A DNA stretch of 64,000 nt from IMG/VR virus record IMGVR_UViG_3300020056_000009, one strand, 5' to 3'. Below, one piece after another: positions 18,825 through 28,369 of the stretch; the first letter of the stretch is position 1; each line of letters begins with the position of its first letter. Both the position numbers and the translations under genes were made by a program. The notes below the pieces were generated by a model, which ran no database searches, was not told where the DNA came from, and was given only the letters and a program-made list of their open reading frames with translations. Origin of the DNA: an uncultured virus (IMG/VR IMGVR_UViG_3300020056_000009). Its lineage: Duplodnaviria; Heunggongvirae; Uroviricota; Caudoviricetes.

Positions 18825-19442
18825 ATGGTTGAATTAACTTGTCAAGTTATTCCCGATGAGTTCACGGATTACCTCTCCTCGTCCTTTGATTATGAATTCG
18901 ATGGAACTTCTAAGTTCACCCTTCCCGATTTCACAACCCCGGAAAATTTTAAGATTGGATTAATTGTCGGATCTTCCGGATCTGGAAAATCACAGATTCT
19001 AAAAAATTATTTTAATTTTAGCGAAGAGGGTCACGAATGGCAACCCGATAAGGCTATTGTTTCGCATTTCAATAATCCTGAAGAGGCTGTCAAAAAACTC
19101 ATGGCTTGTGGACTTTCTTCTATTCCCAGCATGACTAAGCCTTACCGAGTCTTGTCTAACGGAGAACGATTTCGAGCCGATGTAGCCCGACAATTATCCG
19201 ATGGAGCCATTATTGATGAATACACTTCCGTAGTAAACCGTGAAGTAGCCAAGTCGCTTTCTATCGCTCTTCATAATTATGTCCATACTGAAGGACTAAC
19301 TCACATTGTTTTGGCTTCTTGTCATCGTGATATTATTGATTGGCTTAAACCTGATTGGATTTTCGATACAGATAGTATGGATTTGGCCGAAATGGATGTA
19401 ACCCACCGTCGGAGAGTGGCTCGAATTGAAATTGAATATTGA
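18825..19442 (+). CDS. ABC-type ATPase (phage ABC-ATPase/GNAT type)
   Basis: GSSGSGKS, LSNGERFRA, IIDEYTSVV, ASCH, LKPDWIFD. Confidence 0.9.
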   Translation: MVELTCQVIPDEFTDYLSSSFDYEFDGTSKFTLPDFTTPENFKIGLIVGSSGSGKSQILKNYFNFSEEGHEWQPDKAIVSHFNNPEEAVKKLMACGLSSIPSMTKPYRVLSNGERFRADVARQLSDGAIIDEYTSVVNREVAKSLSIALHNYVHTEGLTHIVLASCHRDIIDWLKPDWIFDTDSMDLAEMDVTHRRRVARIEIEY

Positions 19443-19908
19443 GGTCTTTGAAATTTTCGGTGCCGACGCTAAGCGTTCCTACTGGAAAATTTTTGAGAAG
19501 CACCACTATTTATCTAACCAATTAAATGTGGCGGCCCGGTGTTTTATAGCCACCCTCAATGGAGAATTAGTAGGTTTTAACTCGGTTTTACCCCAACCCA
19601 GTGGAACCCTTTCCAATGCTTTTAGAGAACACCGATTGGTTATCCTTGCCGACTTTCAAGGCATGGGCTTAGGAACTTCGCTTTCCGAATGTATCGGCAC
19701 CATTATGAGATCCGAAAACAAACGCTATTATAGCAAAACTACCAATCCCAAATTAGGAGTATATCGTAATAAATCACCTCAATGGCGAGCCACCAGCAAA
19801 AACGGAATCGCCCGAAAACTACATGAAGGTCGTAACCGCAACATGAGTAATGACGCTGTGCGTTATGGAGTAGTATGCTACTCCCACGAATATATTGGAG
19901 AAGATTAA
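19426..19908 (+). CDS. GNAT/Mom-like acetyltransferase
   Basis: WKIFEKHHYL, REHRLVILADFQGMGLG; TTG start overlapping the ATPase end in the +1 frame. Confidence 0.85.
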   Translation: MKLNIEVFEIFGADAKRSYWKIFEKHHYLSNQLNVAARCFIATLNGELVGFNSVLPQPSGTLSNAFREHRLVILADFQGMGLGTSLSECIGTIMRSENKRYYSKTTNPKLGVYRNKSPQWRATSKNGIARKLHEGRNRNMSNDAVRYGVVCYSHEYIGED

Positions 19909-19909
19909 G

Positions 19910-20632
19910 ATGACCCGACTACAAGCCAAACTACGAGTGCCCCTTGCCAAAAATATCCTACGGGCTTTAGAAGCCATTAACGAAGAAGGTATTCTGCAAT
20001 GGGATGAAAACGGATTGTCTACCATGTTGGTAGATGGCAATCGTTTCAAAATGCTTCGAGTGGTAGCCCCTGCGGATAGTTTTATTGATTATTCTTATGT
20101 CGGCTTAAACCCGATTAGAGTCGGCGTTATTTTTAGTCGTATGGGACAAATCATCAAAACCCTGACCGCTAAAGATGAATTGGTCTTCACTTATGAAAAC
20201 GATCGGTTTTATCTCCAAGCCAACGGGATTCAGCAAAATATCAAGTTATTGAGATTAGACCTCATGCATGAAGTTACCGAATGGCCTTCTTTAGACCACA
20301 CCTATGATGCCACTATCCCCGGCAAAGAGGCTAACGATTTCCTCAAAACTTCTGGCAAAAATCTCACCTTCGTTATTTCTTCTTCCGAAGATTCCGAAGA
20401 AATCCAATGGAACACCGGTTCCGGCGATGAAGCAATTTCATGGACTCCGATTAACCAACAAGTTACCGGAACGATTGGATCTTCTCAATTTACGACTGAA
20501 GAAGTTAAATCTGCCCTAACTGCTGCTCCTAAAGAAGACCTCACCCTACGAGGTTCTGCTGATAGCCCTATTGAGTTTCAATGGACTTTTGAAAACATCA
20601 ATATGACCGCCTTAGTCGCCCCAAGGAAGTGA
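19910..20632 (+). CDS. pcna: PCNA-like sliding clamp (divergent)
   Basis: ~240 aa; INEEGIL..GLSTMLVD..F.DY; ends PIEF..ALVAPRK. Confidence 0.8.
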   Translation: MTRLQAKLRVPLAKNILRALEAINEEGILQWDENGLSTMLVDGNRFKMLRVVAPADSFIDYSYVGLNPIRVGVIFSRMGQIIKTLTAKDELVFTYENDRFYLQANGIQQNIKLLRLDLMHEVTEWPSLDHTYDATIPGKEANDFLKTSGKNLTFVISSSEDSEEIQWNTGSGDEAISWTPINQQVTGTIGSSQFTTEEVKSALTAAPKEDLTLRGSADSPIEFQWTFENINMTALVAPRK

Positions 20633-20636
20633 TAAC

Positions 20637-20873
20637 ATGACCAAAATTATTAGAAAGAAAAACAAGCCGACCTCATACCAAGCCGCCAAATCGTTAGTAG
20701 ACTTAAATGAGGTTGTTACCGCCCAAATTATGATTGACCGATTATTTGATGTGGGTCGTCGAGAAATCCCACCCAAGCGAAGTTTGTCGGCTCTTATGAA
20801 GCAAGACCCTGATTTTGAACAACTACCCAAAACCACCACTCGTGGCCCTGCCACCTTTAAGCGAATTGCGTGA
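20637..20873 (+). CDS. small basic, putative winged-helix protein
   Basis: basic; REIPPKRSLSALM resembles the ORFs at 27904 and 45416. Confidence 0.6.
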   Translation: MTKIIRKKNKPTSYQAAKSLVDLNEVVTAQIMIDRLFDVGRREIPPKRSLSALMKQDPDFEQLPKTTTRGPATFKRIA

Positions 20874-20877
20874 TCTC

Positions 20878-21012
20878 ATGAAATACAATCCCACCACTAA
20901 TAAGGTCTACTGTAAAAAATGTCATCTTTTAGTTCCCGAATCAAATTGGCTTATCAAAAAGGGAGTGCGAGTTGGCTACCGCTGTGATAATTGTGCTGGA
21001 GGGAGAAAATGA
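20878..21012 (+). CDS. small Zn-ribbon protein
   Basis: CKKC...CDNC. Confidence 0.6.
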   Translation: MKYNPTTNKVYCKKCHLLVPESNWLIKKGVRVGYRCDNCAGGRK

Positions 21013-21740
21013 TTCTTTGTGGCGATAGTTTGTCATTGTTAAATGATGTTGAAGATAAATCTATTCAACTTACCGTAACTTCACCACCTTATTTCAATGC
21101 TCGGGATTATTCTCAGTATTCTTCGGTAGAAGATTACATGGAACAAATGAAAGAAATTTTTTCTTTATTGCATCAGAAAACTGCTGATTCCCGAATGTGT
21201 GTTATCAACATTTCTCCGGTCTTAGTTCCTCGTGAATCTCGATCCCAACAATCTTTTCGGATTCCACTTCCTTATTATTATGTTCCTATGATGGAATCAA
21301 TTGGATGGGAATTTTTAGAAGATATCATTTGGAAAAAACCCGATGGGGCTGCACCCAATCGTAATGGTGGATTTTTTAAACATCGCAAGCCTTTGGCTTA
21401 CAAACCTAATATCGTTACCGAATATATTTTGGTTTTCAAAAAGAAATCTGATAAATTATTAGACAAGTTTATTCGCAACGAATCTTTGGTTCCTGATGGT
21501 TATGAACGCACAAATGTTTGGGAAATTAATCCCGAGACTAAATCTCAACACCCAGCACCCTATCCTGTTGGATTAGTAGAAAGAATTATCCAATATTATT
21601 CTTACGAAGGTGATTTAGTTTTCGATCCTTTCATGGGTTCGGGAACTACGGCTTTGGCTGCTAAAAATCTTAATCGAAAGTGGTTAGGCTTTGAATTGCA
21701 CCAAAAGTATGTAGACATGGCGTTAGAAAGACTTAAGTAG
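21009..21740 (+). CDS. beta-class DNA methyltransferase (SPPY, probably N4-cytosine)
   Basis: TSPPY, IIWKK, HPAPYP, DPFMGSGTT. Confidence 0.93.
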   Translation: MILCGDSLSLLNDVEDKSIQLTVTSPPYFNARDYSQYSSVEDYMEQMKEIFSLLHQKTADSRMCVINISPVLVPRESRSQQSFRIPLPYYYVPMMESIGWEFLEDIIWKKPDGAAPNRNGGFFKHRKPLAYKPNIVTEYILVFKKKSDKLLDKFIRNESLVPDGYERTNVWEINPETKSQHPAPYPVGLVERIIQYYSYEGDLVFDPFMGSGTTALAAKNLNRKWLGFELHQKYVDMALERLK

Positions 21741-21761
21741 TTAAAAAGGAGATAATCATTA

Positions 21762-21887
21762 ATGTCATGGGAACTCCACGACCCCGAACCCCCGGAAGAT
21801 ATTCCGTGGCATTCTAAAATCTTAATCTTACTTTTCATGTTTGGCATTTTTGGTATGGGTGCTTTGACACAAAGTATATATTGGTGA
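21762..21887 (+). CDS. 41-aa tail-anchored peptide (absent from ORF track)
   Basis: AGGAG SD; acidic N-terminus plus ILILLFMFGIFGMGAL. Confidence 0.55.
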   Translation: MSWELHDPEPPEDIPWHSKILILLFMFGIFGMGALTQSIYW

Positions 21888-21905
21888 CCGAAACATTGTT
21901 TCGGT

Positions 21906-22268
21906 ATGTTGTTTAAGGAAGGCGACACCTTATCGCAGACCAAAATGAAATCCATGATGACAGGCCATACCCAGCGTCGTTGGACTAAGCATGAGAATCC
22001 CGACGAAGGAGAACCGAAGGCGTCTTTTATTCCTGTGGCCTTAACTACGCTTTTTCATGGCAGTTCGGTAACAATTACTTCTGCAGTTAGTATGAAAAAT
22101 TATGAAGTTTATGCGGCTACTTCTGAAACCCAAAAGTTCCGTTGGATTTACGATAGTAAGAAAAAACAATTTTTTAAATTTTCAATCATGGATCTTGCCG
22201 ACTTAGATATGGGGGCTCGTCGAGCCCGAAATGCCGAGCGTAAAAAGTTAAATAGTAGTGAGGAGTAA
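21906..22268 (+). CDS. hypothetical protein
   Basis: promoter-hairpin ACCGAAAC-att-GTTTCGGT-ATG. Confidence 0.75.
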   Translation: MLFKEGDTLSQTKMKSMMTGHTQRRWTKHENPDEGEPKASFIPVALTTLFHGSSVTITSAVSMKNYEVYAATSETQKFRWIYDSKKKQFFKFSIMDLADLDMGARRARNAERKKLNSSEE

Positions 22269-22277
22269 TGTCATCAT

Positions 22278-22706
22278 ATGGATGCAAAGCCTCAGTCGGA
22301 TACAATTGTTGATTTGATGTGGCACCCAGACCTCATAAAACTATTCTTTCAATGTAAATCGTGGCAACAAAGAGTTAATTTATTAGAAGGTCTTAATACA
22401 GGTAATAAAATAAATTGGCCGACCAAGGGAACATATGACAATAAGGTGGTATCGGCGTATGTCAATCATGACATGATGAAGAAGGAGTTTGTTGGTGGCG
22501 GAGAATGGAAAGAAAAATTTCAAGATTATTTAAAATTAGAATCCGTAATAGTAAAACCTTTTAAGGGCTATTGGGAGCAAGCCGACAATAGTTGGTATCT
22601 TAGTGAAGGAAATTATGGGGATATTGGATATTATGTTATGGAATATTGTTTAGTTCCGGTTAAAAAACCACAATCGATTAATTATCTGACTTTAAAATTG
22701 GATTAA
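22278..22706 (+). CDS. hypothetical protein, SIN tag
   Basis: ends PQSINYLTLKLD. Confidence 0.7.
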   Translation: MDAKPQSDTIVDLMWHPDLIKLFFQCKSWQQRVNLLEGLNTGNKINWPTKGTYDNKVVSAYVNHDMMKKEFVGGGEWKEKFQDYLKLESVIVKPFKGYWEQADNSWYLSEGNYGDIGYYVMEYCLVPVKKPQSINYLTLKLD

Positions 22707-23061
22707 TAATCGTATACAAAATTTGGTAATCGTGTTCATCATTATCTCTATACCATAATGAAATTGTCCAACTATTTTCTATATATTGGGAAGGATCTGC
22801 ACAAATTCTTTTGATTGTGCTACGGATTTCATCTCTTTCTGAAGGTCTTGGATTATTATATTGTAAAATTATTGGATTTGGTGCATATACCCCCCAGTCA
22901 TCATGCTCACTACAATACTCCCACCATTCATCGTTTAAAATGATTTGAGCATCAACAGGAGTCACCCCCACCAAAGTAGTATGAGATTCTGTAAAATTAA
23001 TTGTGCGTTGAATCATAACATATTCTGCCGTGCTTGAGCGAAGCCAATTGATAATCTCCAT
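22678..23061 (-). CDS. hypothetical protein, IINWL N-terminus
   Basis: MEIINWLRS; minus-strand promoter-hairpin TGGTTATC-aaa-GATAACCA. Confidence 0.75.
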   Translation of the reverse strand: MEIINWLRSSTAEYVMIQRTINFTESHTTLVGVTPVDAQIILNDEWWEYCSEHDDWGVYAPNPIILQYNNPRPSERDEIRSTIKRICADPSQYIENSWTISLWYRDNDEHDYQILYTIINPILKSDN

Positions 23062-23133
23062 GTGGTTATCTTTGATAACCAACTATATAAAGATTCATAA
23101 ATTATAAATAGGTGCCAACCACAAAGTTTGCTC

Positions 23134-23322
23134 ATGAAGATTCCAGAAATGTTTGTCGCCAAAGTTCGTGATTATCTTCGTTTTCCTCACAACCGCCAAC
23201 TAAAACGGGTGTTGTTGGAAATGATTGATGACATGGAAGGCGAAGAAGTAGATCGAGAAGCCCTTCGAGAAATGGTTGTTGAAATCGAAATGGGTGCTAT
23301 TACTTTAGGTGAAGAAGAATGA
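23134..23322 (+). CDS. hypothetical protein
   Basis: TATAAATAG 31 nt upstream. Confidence 0.7.
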   Translation: MKIPEMFVAKVRDYLRFPHNRQLKRVLLEMIDDMEGEEVDREALREMVVEIEMGAITLGEEE

Positions 23323-23567
23323 ATGATGACTTTATTCCCGTAGTTATCCAAACCCTACGGGTTATGTTGTTTAATGACAATTCTCGTTTTACCGATTTTT
23401 TAGTTGCCTATATGCATTCTAATTCCGGACACTCACTATATCCCTCTGCTGAAAGGTTATTCAATGAGTTTTTTGATTTTATGGAAACTAATCCTACGGA
23501 AGAAGAAAAAATCTTCTTAGAAGAACATCTTCAAAAGGTTTGGGAAGAAAAGGAGTGGGCCCCATGA
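23319..23567 (+). CDS. hypothetical protein
   Basis: ATGA coupling; AGGTGA SD. Confidence 0.65.
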   Translation: MNDDFIPVVIQTLRVMLFNDNSRFTDFLVAYMHSNSGHSLYPSAERLFNEFFDFMETNPTEEEKIFLEEHLQKVWEEKEWAP

Positions 23568-23689
23568 GTATCTTTGCCAACATCATTTTGGTATTTATTA
23601 TCATAAATACCATCATGGGAATTTCCGAATGGCTTTATTTTCGATATGCCGAGTAAAAGTTTATATAGGTAGTTTGATAATGTATTATC

Positions 23690-25693
23690 ATGGCTGATTT
23701 TTCAGACCCCACTATTCGGGCAAATTGGCTACAAGATGTCAAAGTAAAACTTGGTCTTGACTATCAAGATTTTTATAATCTTAAATTTAAGGACATTAGA
23801 CATATCCCTCTTTTTAGCCAATTCCAAAGAAATTGTGCCGATTGGATCTCAGAAGTAGAAAATGCCTTCCCGCAATACGATTGGAAGTTTTATAGATTTG
23901 ATAGAGTAATCAACCGATGGCAACATTCACATTATCAAAAACAATGGTGGCAAGATTTTAAAAATGATTTAAACATTACTACTCAAGAACAAATGTATAA
24001 ATTAAGTAGAAAAGATTTAGTTAATCATACTCGATCCACAATTAATCTCTTTCGTATTGATTACAATAATGAACATTCTTCATTCATTATGGCAATGGAG
24101 CCACAATTTGATTGGAAACCCTATCGTTTTGTTAATACTCCTTTTTGGTATTGGAAAGACCTAAAAAATCAGCGTCAATGGTTTGAAGACTTAATGGAAC
24201 ATGAAGGTTGGCAAACATGGGAAGATTGTTATCAAATCACTCAAAAGAAAATTAAAAATTTTAATGGTGATGCCTTAATTTCAAAATCCAGCCCACATTG
24301 TTCCAGCATTATTGAATTATTACAAACCCTTGTTCCAGAGTGTGATTGGAAATTTTATAAATTAGGTCAAGCCCCGGCAGGTTATTGGGATGACCCACAA
24401 AATCAACAAATGTGGTGGGATGATTTTTATCAACACATGGGTTGTCCAAGTCAAAAAGAAATGTATAAAATTACTCACGATGATGTTATTGCTTTTTATG
24501 GTTGTAGTTTACTTAATAGAAGATATTCTATTTACGATTTAATCAAAAATTTCAACCCTCATTTAGAATGGGACGATTCTTTATTTGCTGTAGTCCCATA
24601 TGGATTTTATGAAGATTGGAATAATAGAAAAAAATTGTTTGATCGATTTTGCGATTATTATAACATTACTAATTGGGAACAATTATACGATATTGAACAT
24701 GAACAAGTTGCAGAAGTTATTTCCATGACTATGTTTGGTGGGACATCAAAAGGTTATTATGATAGTATCAAGCAATGGTTTATAGACATGGTTCCGGAAT
24801 TTAAATTCAAGGGATATCTTTTTAGTATGGTAGAAAGAAATTATTGGGATTCTATGGAAAATCGAAGGGAAGTTATTTATGATTTAATGGAAGCAAAAGG
24901 TTGGCAATTAGAAGATCTTTATCAACTAAAAATTCAAGATATTAGAGATATGGGGGCTGCAACAATGGCTGCGAGATATATGGATTCTACTCTTGATATG
25001 CTTTGTGATTTATTTCCTGAGTTTAATTGGAAACCCCATAGATTTAAAAAGGTTGGTGGAGGCTATTGGGGAACTCGGGAAAAACCCAATCGTAAATCAA
25101 TTGAATTATATTGGCAAGATTTGTGTAAACATTTTTCATTATCAGCCTTAGAAGATTTTCCACAAATGACTCAAAAAGAATTAACTTCTTTTTATGGTGG
25201 TGGACCAATGGCTTCTTGCGGCCCTCGTTTTTCTTGGTATGAATTGTGTTGTTATATGATGCCGGATATAGATTGGGACAGATCTGTTTTCGATAAAAAG
25301 GGGAAAAATCAAGGATTGCTTTATCGAATTTTACGAGATAATTTAGATTCCTCAGCCATTCTTGAATGGAAATCAGAAGGAAAATTCTCACAATCAGGAA
25401 GAAGAATGGGTTATGATATCTATCTACCCAAATTTAATGCTGTGATCGAATATCAAGGATTTCAACACTATACTTGGAAAGAAAATGTTTTTGGAGGGGA
25501 AAAATCTCACAAACAATTAGTTCTAAGAGATGCCGAAAAGAAAAAATGGGCCTTAGATAATAATTACATTTATCTTGAAATTCCCAATCTTGATGGATAT
25601 ACTAACCTTCCCGGTTGGCAGCATAATTTAGAATCATTTTTAGAAATTGCAAAACTTCAAGGAGTAGATTTCGATCTCGAAATCGGGTCTTGA
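23690..25693 (+). CDS. tandem-repeat protein with C-terminal PD-(D/E)xK (Vsr/DUF559-like) endonuclease
   Basis: ~7 repeats of ~75 aa (W..N..WF..Y.I..G..P..W..F); YDIYLPKFNAVIEYQGFQHY..RDAEK. Confidence 0.8.
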   Translation: MADFSDPTIRANWLQDVKVKLGLDYQDFYNLKFKDIRHIPLFSQFQRNCADWISEVENAFPQYDWKFYRFDRVINRWQHSHYQKQWWQDFKNDLNITTQEQMYKLSRKDLVNHTRSTINLFRIDYNNEHSSFIMAMEPQFDWKPYRFVNTPFWYWKDLKNQRQWFEDLMEHEGWQTWEDCYQITQKKIKNFNGDALISKSSPHCSSIIELLQTLVPECDWKFYKLGQAPAGYWDDPQNQQMWWDDFYQHMGCPSQKEMYKITHDDVIAFYGCSLLNRRYSIYDLIKNFNPHLEWDDSLFAVVPYGFYEDWNNRKKLFDRFCDYYNITNWEQLYDIEHEQVAEVISMTMFGGTSKGYYDSIKQWFIDMVPEFKFKGYLFSMVERNYWDSMENRREVIYDLMEAKGWQLEDLYQLKIQDIRDMGAATMAARYMDSTLDMLCDLFPEFNWKPHRFKKVGGGYWGTREKPNRKSIELYWQDLCKHFSLSALEDFPQMTQKELTSFYGGGPMASCGPRFSWYELCCYMMPDIDWDRSVFDKKGKNQGLLYRILRDNLDSSAILEWKSEGKFSQSGRRMGYDIYLPKFNAVIEYQGFQHYTWKENVFGGEKSHKQLVLRDAEKKKWALDNNYIYLEIPNLDGYTNLPGWQHNLESFLEIAKLQGVDFDLEIGS

Positions 25694-25808
25694 GTCCGGT
25701 GAATACCAAACAACTATAATCAACCCAAATAAAACTAAACAAAAATAAAGAGGGTTTAGAAACCACCATAACAAAGTATAAATAGATGGGGTGCAGATGA
25801 TTAAATCC

Positions 25809-27830
25809 ATGTCCGAAAGCAAGTTCTACCTCACCGATTCATTCGTCGAAAAATACCGTCGCAAGAAGGCTCCATTTGGTTTCAACGGTCTTGGAGAGTT
25901 GGTTTACAACCGCACATACAGTCGCCTTAAGGACGATGGCAAAAACGAACAATGGTTTGAAACGGTTCGTCGTGTTGTCGAAGGAACTTACAATATGCAA
26001 AAGCGACATATCGAAATGCATGGTTTGGGTTGGAACGCTTGGAAAGCCCAACACTCCGCTCAAGAGATGTATGATCGAATTTGGAATATGAAGTTCTTGC
26101 CCCCCGGACGCGGTTTATGGGCCATGGGAACACCGATTACCGAAGAAAAGGGCTTGTTTGCTGCTCTCAATAACTGTGCTTTTGTCTCCACCGAAAACCT
26201 CAAAGAAGATCTTGCCGCACCTTTTGTATTCCTTATGGATGCTTCCATGCTGGGTGTTGGCGTCGGATTCGATGTCAAGGGTGCTGGAAAAGTTATGGTT
26301 AAAGGCCCCTCCGATACTCGTCGCCCCGAACAATTTGTGATTCCCGATACCCGAGAAGGATGGGTAGATTCTGTCAAGATGCAAATTGAATCATATTTAT
26401 TGGGCACCGCCCCGGTAACTTTTGACTATTCGCAAATCCGACCCGCTGGTGAACCTATTCGTGGTTTTGGTGGCGAATCTTCCGGACCTCGACCTTTGGT
26501 AGATCTCCACACTCACATTGATTCCGTTTTGTCTAAAGAAATTGGATCTCCCATTAGTCAAACCGCTATTGTGGATATCATGAACCTAATCGGTAAGTGT
26601 GTTGTCGCCGGCAATGTCCGACGCACCGCTGAAATTGTGTTTGGTCCTGCTGATTCTGAAGAGTATATTGACCTCAAAAATTACGAAGTCAATCCACACC
26701 GTATGGATTATGGATGGACCAGTAACAACTCTGTTTTCGCAACCGTTGGTATGGATTATGGACCTACTGCGGAACGGGTAAACCTCAATGGTGAACCCGG
26801 CTATGCGTGGTTGGACAACATGAGGGCATATGGCCGAATGAAAGATCCGATTAATAACAAAGACCACCGAGCCAAAGGTGGTAATCCTTGTCTTGAGCAA
26901 ACTTTAGAATCCTATGAGTTGTGTTGCCTTGTGGAAACCTTCCCCAATAACCATGAGTCTTTAGAGGATTATCTCAAGACTCTCAAATACGCTTACCTAT
27001 ATGCTAAGACTGTTACCCTTGGAAAAACGCATTGGCCGGAAACCAACAAAGTGATGCTACGAAACCGCCGAATCGGTTGCAGCATGAGTGGTATTGCCCA
27101 ATTCCTCGCAGACCGTGGTATGAGTAATCTTATTGATTGGATGGATGCGGGATATGACCACATTCAAAGATTAGACACCGAGTATTCTGATTGGTTCGCT
27201 ATTCCCAAGTCTATCAAAACTACGAGTATCAAGCCTTCGGGCACGGTTTCACTCTTGGCGGGAGCAACCCCCGGCATTCACTTTCCCGAATCCCGATATT
27301 ATATCCGTCGTATGCGATTAGGCAAAATCTCTAATCTTGTTCCGGCTTTAGTTAAGGCTGGATACAAGGTAGAACCTTGTGTCGGTGCTGAAGAAGATAC
27401 TGTTGTTGTCGAAATCCCCGTAGATGTAGGCGAAGGAGTTCGCACCGTCGATCAAGTTTCTATGTGGGAACAATTATCGTTGGCGGCTGTGGCTCAACGC
27501 TATTGGGCTGATAACCAAGTGTCTTGCACCGTGACCTTCCAACCGGAAACCGAAGGAAGTCAAATTGCCTCCGCCCTTGATGTTTTCCAATATCAATTGA
27601 AGGGAATCTCCTTCCTTCCCAAACTTGATTTCGGGGCTTTCCCGCAAATGCCCTATGAGGCTATCGATTTGGAAACCTATACCGAGATGAAGTCCGAATT
27701 AGGAAAACTCAACTTTGGTCGTGTTAAGGGCGAAGAAATTATTGCTGAGCGATTCTGTGATAACGATGTTTGTGATATTGACTTTGTTTCGGTATCTTCT
27801 GATACTGAAGAATTGGTTGCTGATGAGTAA
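25809..27830 (+). CDS. nrdJ: class II (adenosylcobalamin) ribonucleotide reductase, monomeric RTPR type
   Basis: RTYSR, PPGRGLW, LNNC, GNVRRTAE, NPCLEQ, LCCLVE, IKPSGT, C-terminal CDNDVC. Confidence 0.96.
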   Translation: MSESKFYLTDSFVEKYRRKKAPFGFNGLGELVYNRTYSRLKDDGKNEQWFETVRRVVEGTYNMQKRHIEMHGLGWNAWKAQHSAQEMYDRIWNMKFLPPGRGLWAMGTPITEEKGLFAALNNCAFVSTENLKEDLAAPFVFLMDASMLGVGVGFDVKGAGKVMVKGPSDTRRPEQFVIPDTREGWVDSVKMQIESYLLGTAPVTFDYSQIRPAGEPIRGFGGESSGPRPLVDLHTHIDSVLSKEIGSPISQTAIVDIMNLIGKCVVAGNVRRTAEIVFGPADSEEYIDLKNYEVNPHRMDYGWTSNNSVFATVGMDYGPTAERVNLNGEPGYAWLDNMRAYGRMKDPINNKDHRAKGGNPCLEQTLESYELCCLVETFPNNHESLEDYLKTLKYAYLYAKTVTLGKTHWPETNKVMLRNRRIGCSMSGIAQFLADRGMSNLIDWMDAGYDHIQRLDTEYSDWFAIPKSIKTTSIKPSGTVSLLAGATPGIHFPESRYYIRRMRLGKISNLVPALVKAGYKVEPCVGAEEDTVVVEIPVDVGEGVRTVDQVSMWEQLSLAAVAQRYWADNQVSCTVTFQPETEGSQIASALDVFQYQLKGISFLPKLDFGAFPQMPYEAIDLETYTEMKSELGKLNFGRVKGEEIIAERFCDNDVCDIDFVSVSSDTEELVADE

Positions 27831-27873
27831 ATTACTCACAGAGTAGTTTACATTGTTTGATATAACCGAAACA

Positions 27874-27903
27874 TACAAATAGCAGAATAGCAAACTATTC
27901 TGC
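27874..27903 (+). promoter_or_regulatory. TATA-like box plus 9-bp inverted repeat abutting ATG
   Basis: TACAAATA-GCAGAATAG-caaa-CTATTCTGC-ATG(27904). Confidence 0.75.
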
Positions 27904-28158
27904 ATGGGTCGCTCTAAACAACAGGTCATCATCGATCATGCTAAAACTATTTTAGTTCGCCGTCCGGCAACTTCCGAAGAAATCCGAAATTCTATCGTGG
28001 CTTCCGGTCGTCGCCATGTGCCGACGGCACGAGAAATCACCTTTGCCCTTCGTGGTTCCCGAGAATTTGTTTTGTTAGATAAAGTAGATACCAGTTCTCT
28101 AAGTCGGGTTCGTAGTCATCAAGTAAACCTTTGGGGATTGCGTGGACGCAACTATTAA
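27904..28158 (+). CDS. putative winged-helix DNA-binding protein
   Basis: basic; TSEEI..VPTAREI..LRG..F..NLWGL. Confidence 0.7.
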   Translation: MGRSKQQVIIDHAKTILVRRPATSEEIRNSIVASGRRHVPTAREITFALRGSREFVLLDKVDTSSLSRVRSHQVNLWGLRGRNY

Positions 28159-28222
28159 TGCTTTGTATTAAAAAGCATAAATAATCATAAACTATAAATA
28201 GTAGCGATGATAATATCGCCAC

Positions 28223-28369
28223 ATGGAGTTCGAATTAGCGGTGCAAAAGGCAGAACACTCCGCCATTGTTACCCAAATGCAATGCAATAATGTTCAACAC
28301 CGCTTATCACATCTTAATCAATGTGCTCGGGTATTATTGGCTAAATCACTTCGATTTTTGAAGGAGTGA
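28223..28369 (+). CDS. 48-aa peptide (absent from ORF track)
   Basis: TATAAATAG 30 nt upstream with an imperfect hairpin; stop overlaps the next GTG. Confidence 0.6.
   Translation: MEFELAVQKAEHSAIVTQMQCNNVQHRLSHLNQCARVLLAKSLRFLKE

Noticed and set aside
17416..25693. Type II restriction-modification pairing of the MTases with the PD-(D/E)xK protein
   Set aside because: The genes are not adjacent, and the nuclease architecture resembles free-standing homing-type enzymes
25839..26900. Short antisense and alternative-frame ORFs within nrdJ and other long genes
   Set aside because: They are shadow ORFs without expression signals, overlapping well-supported genes
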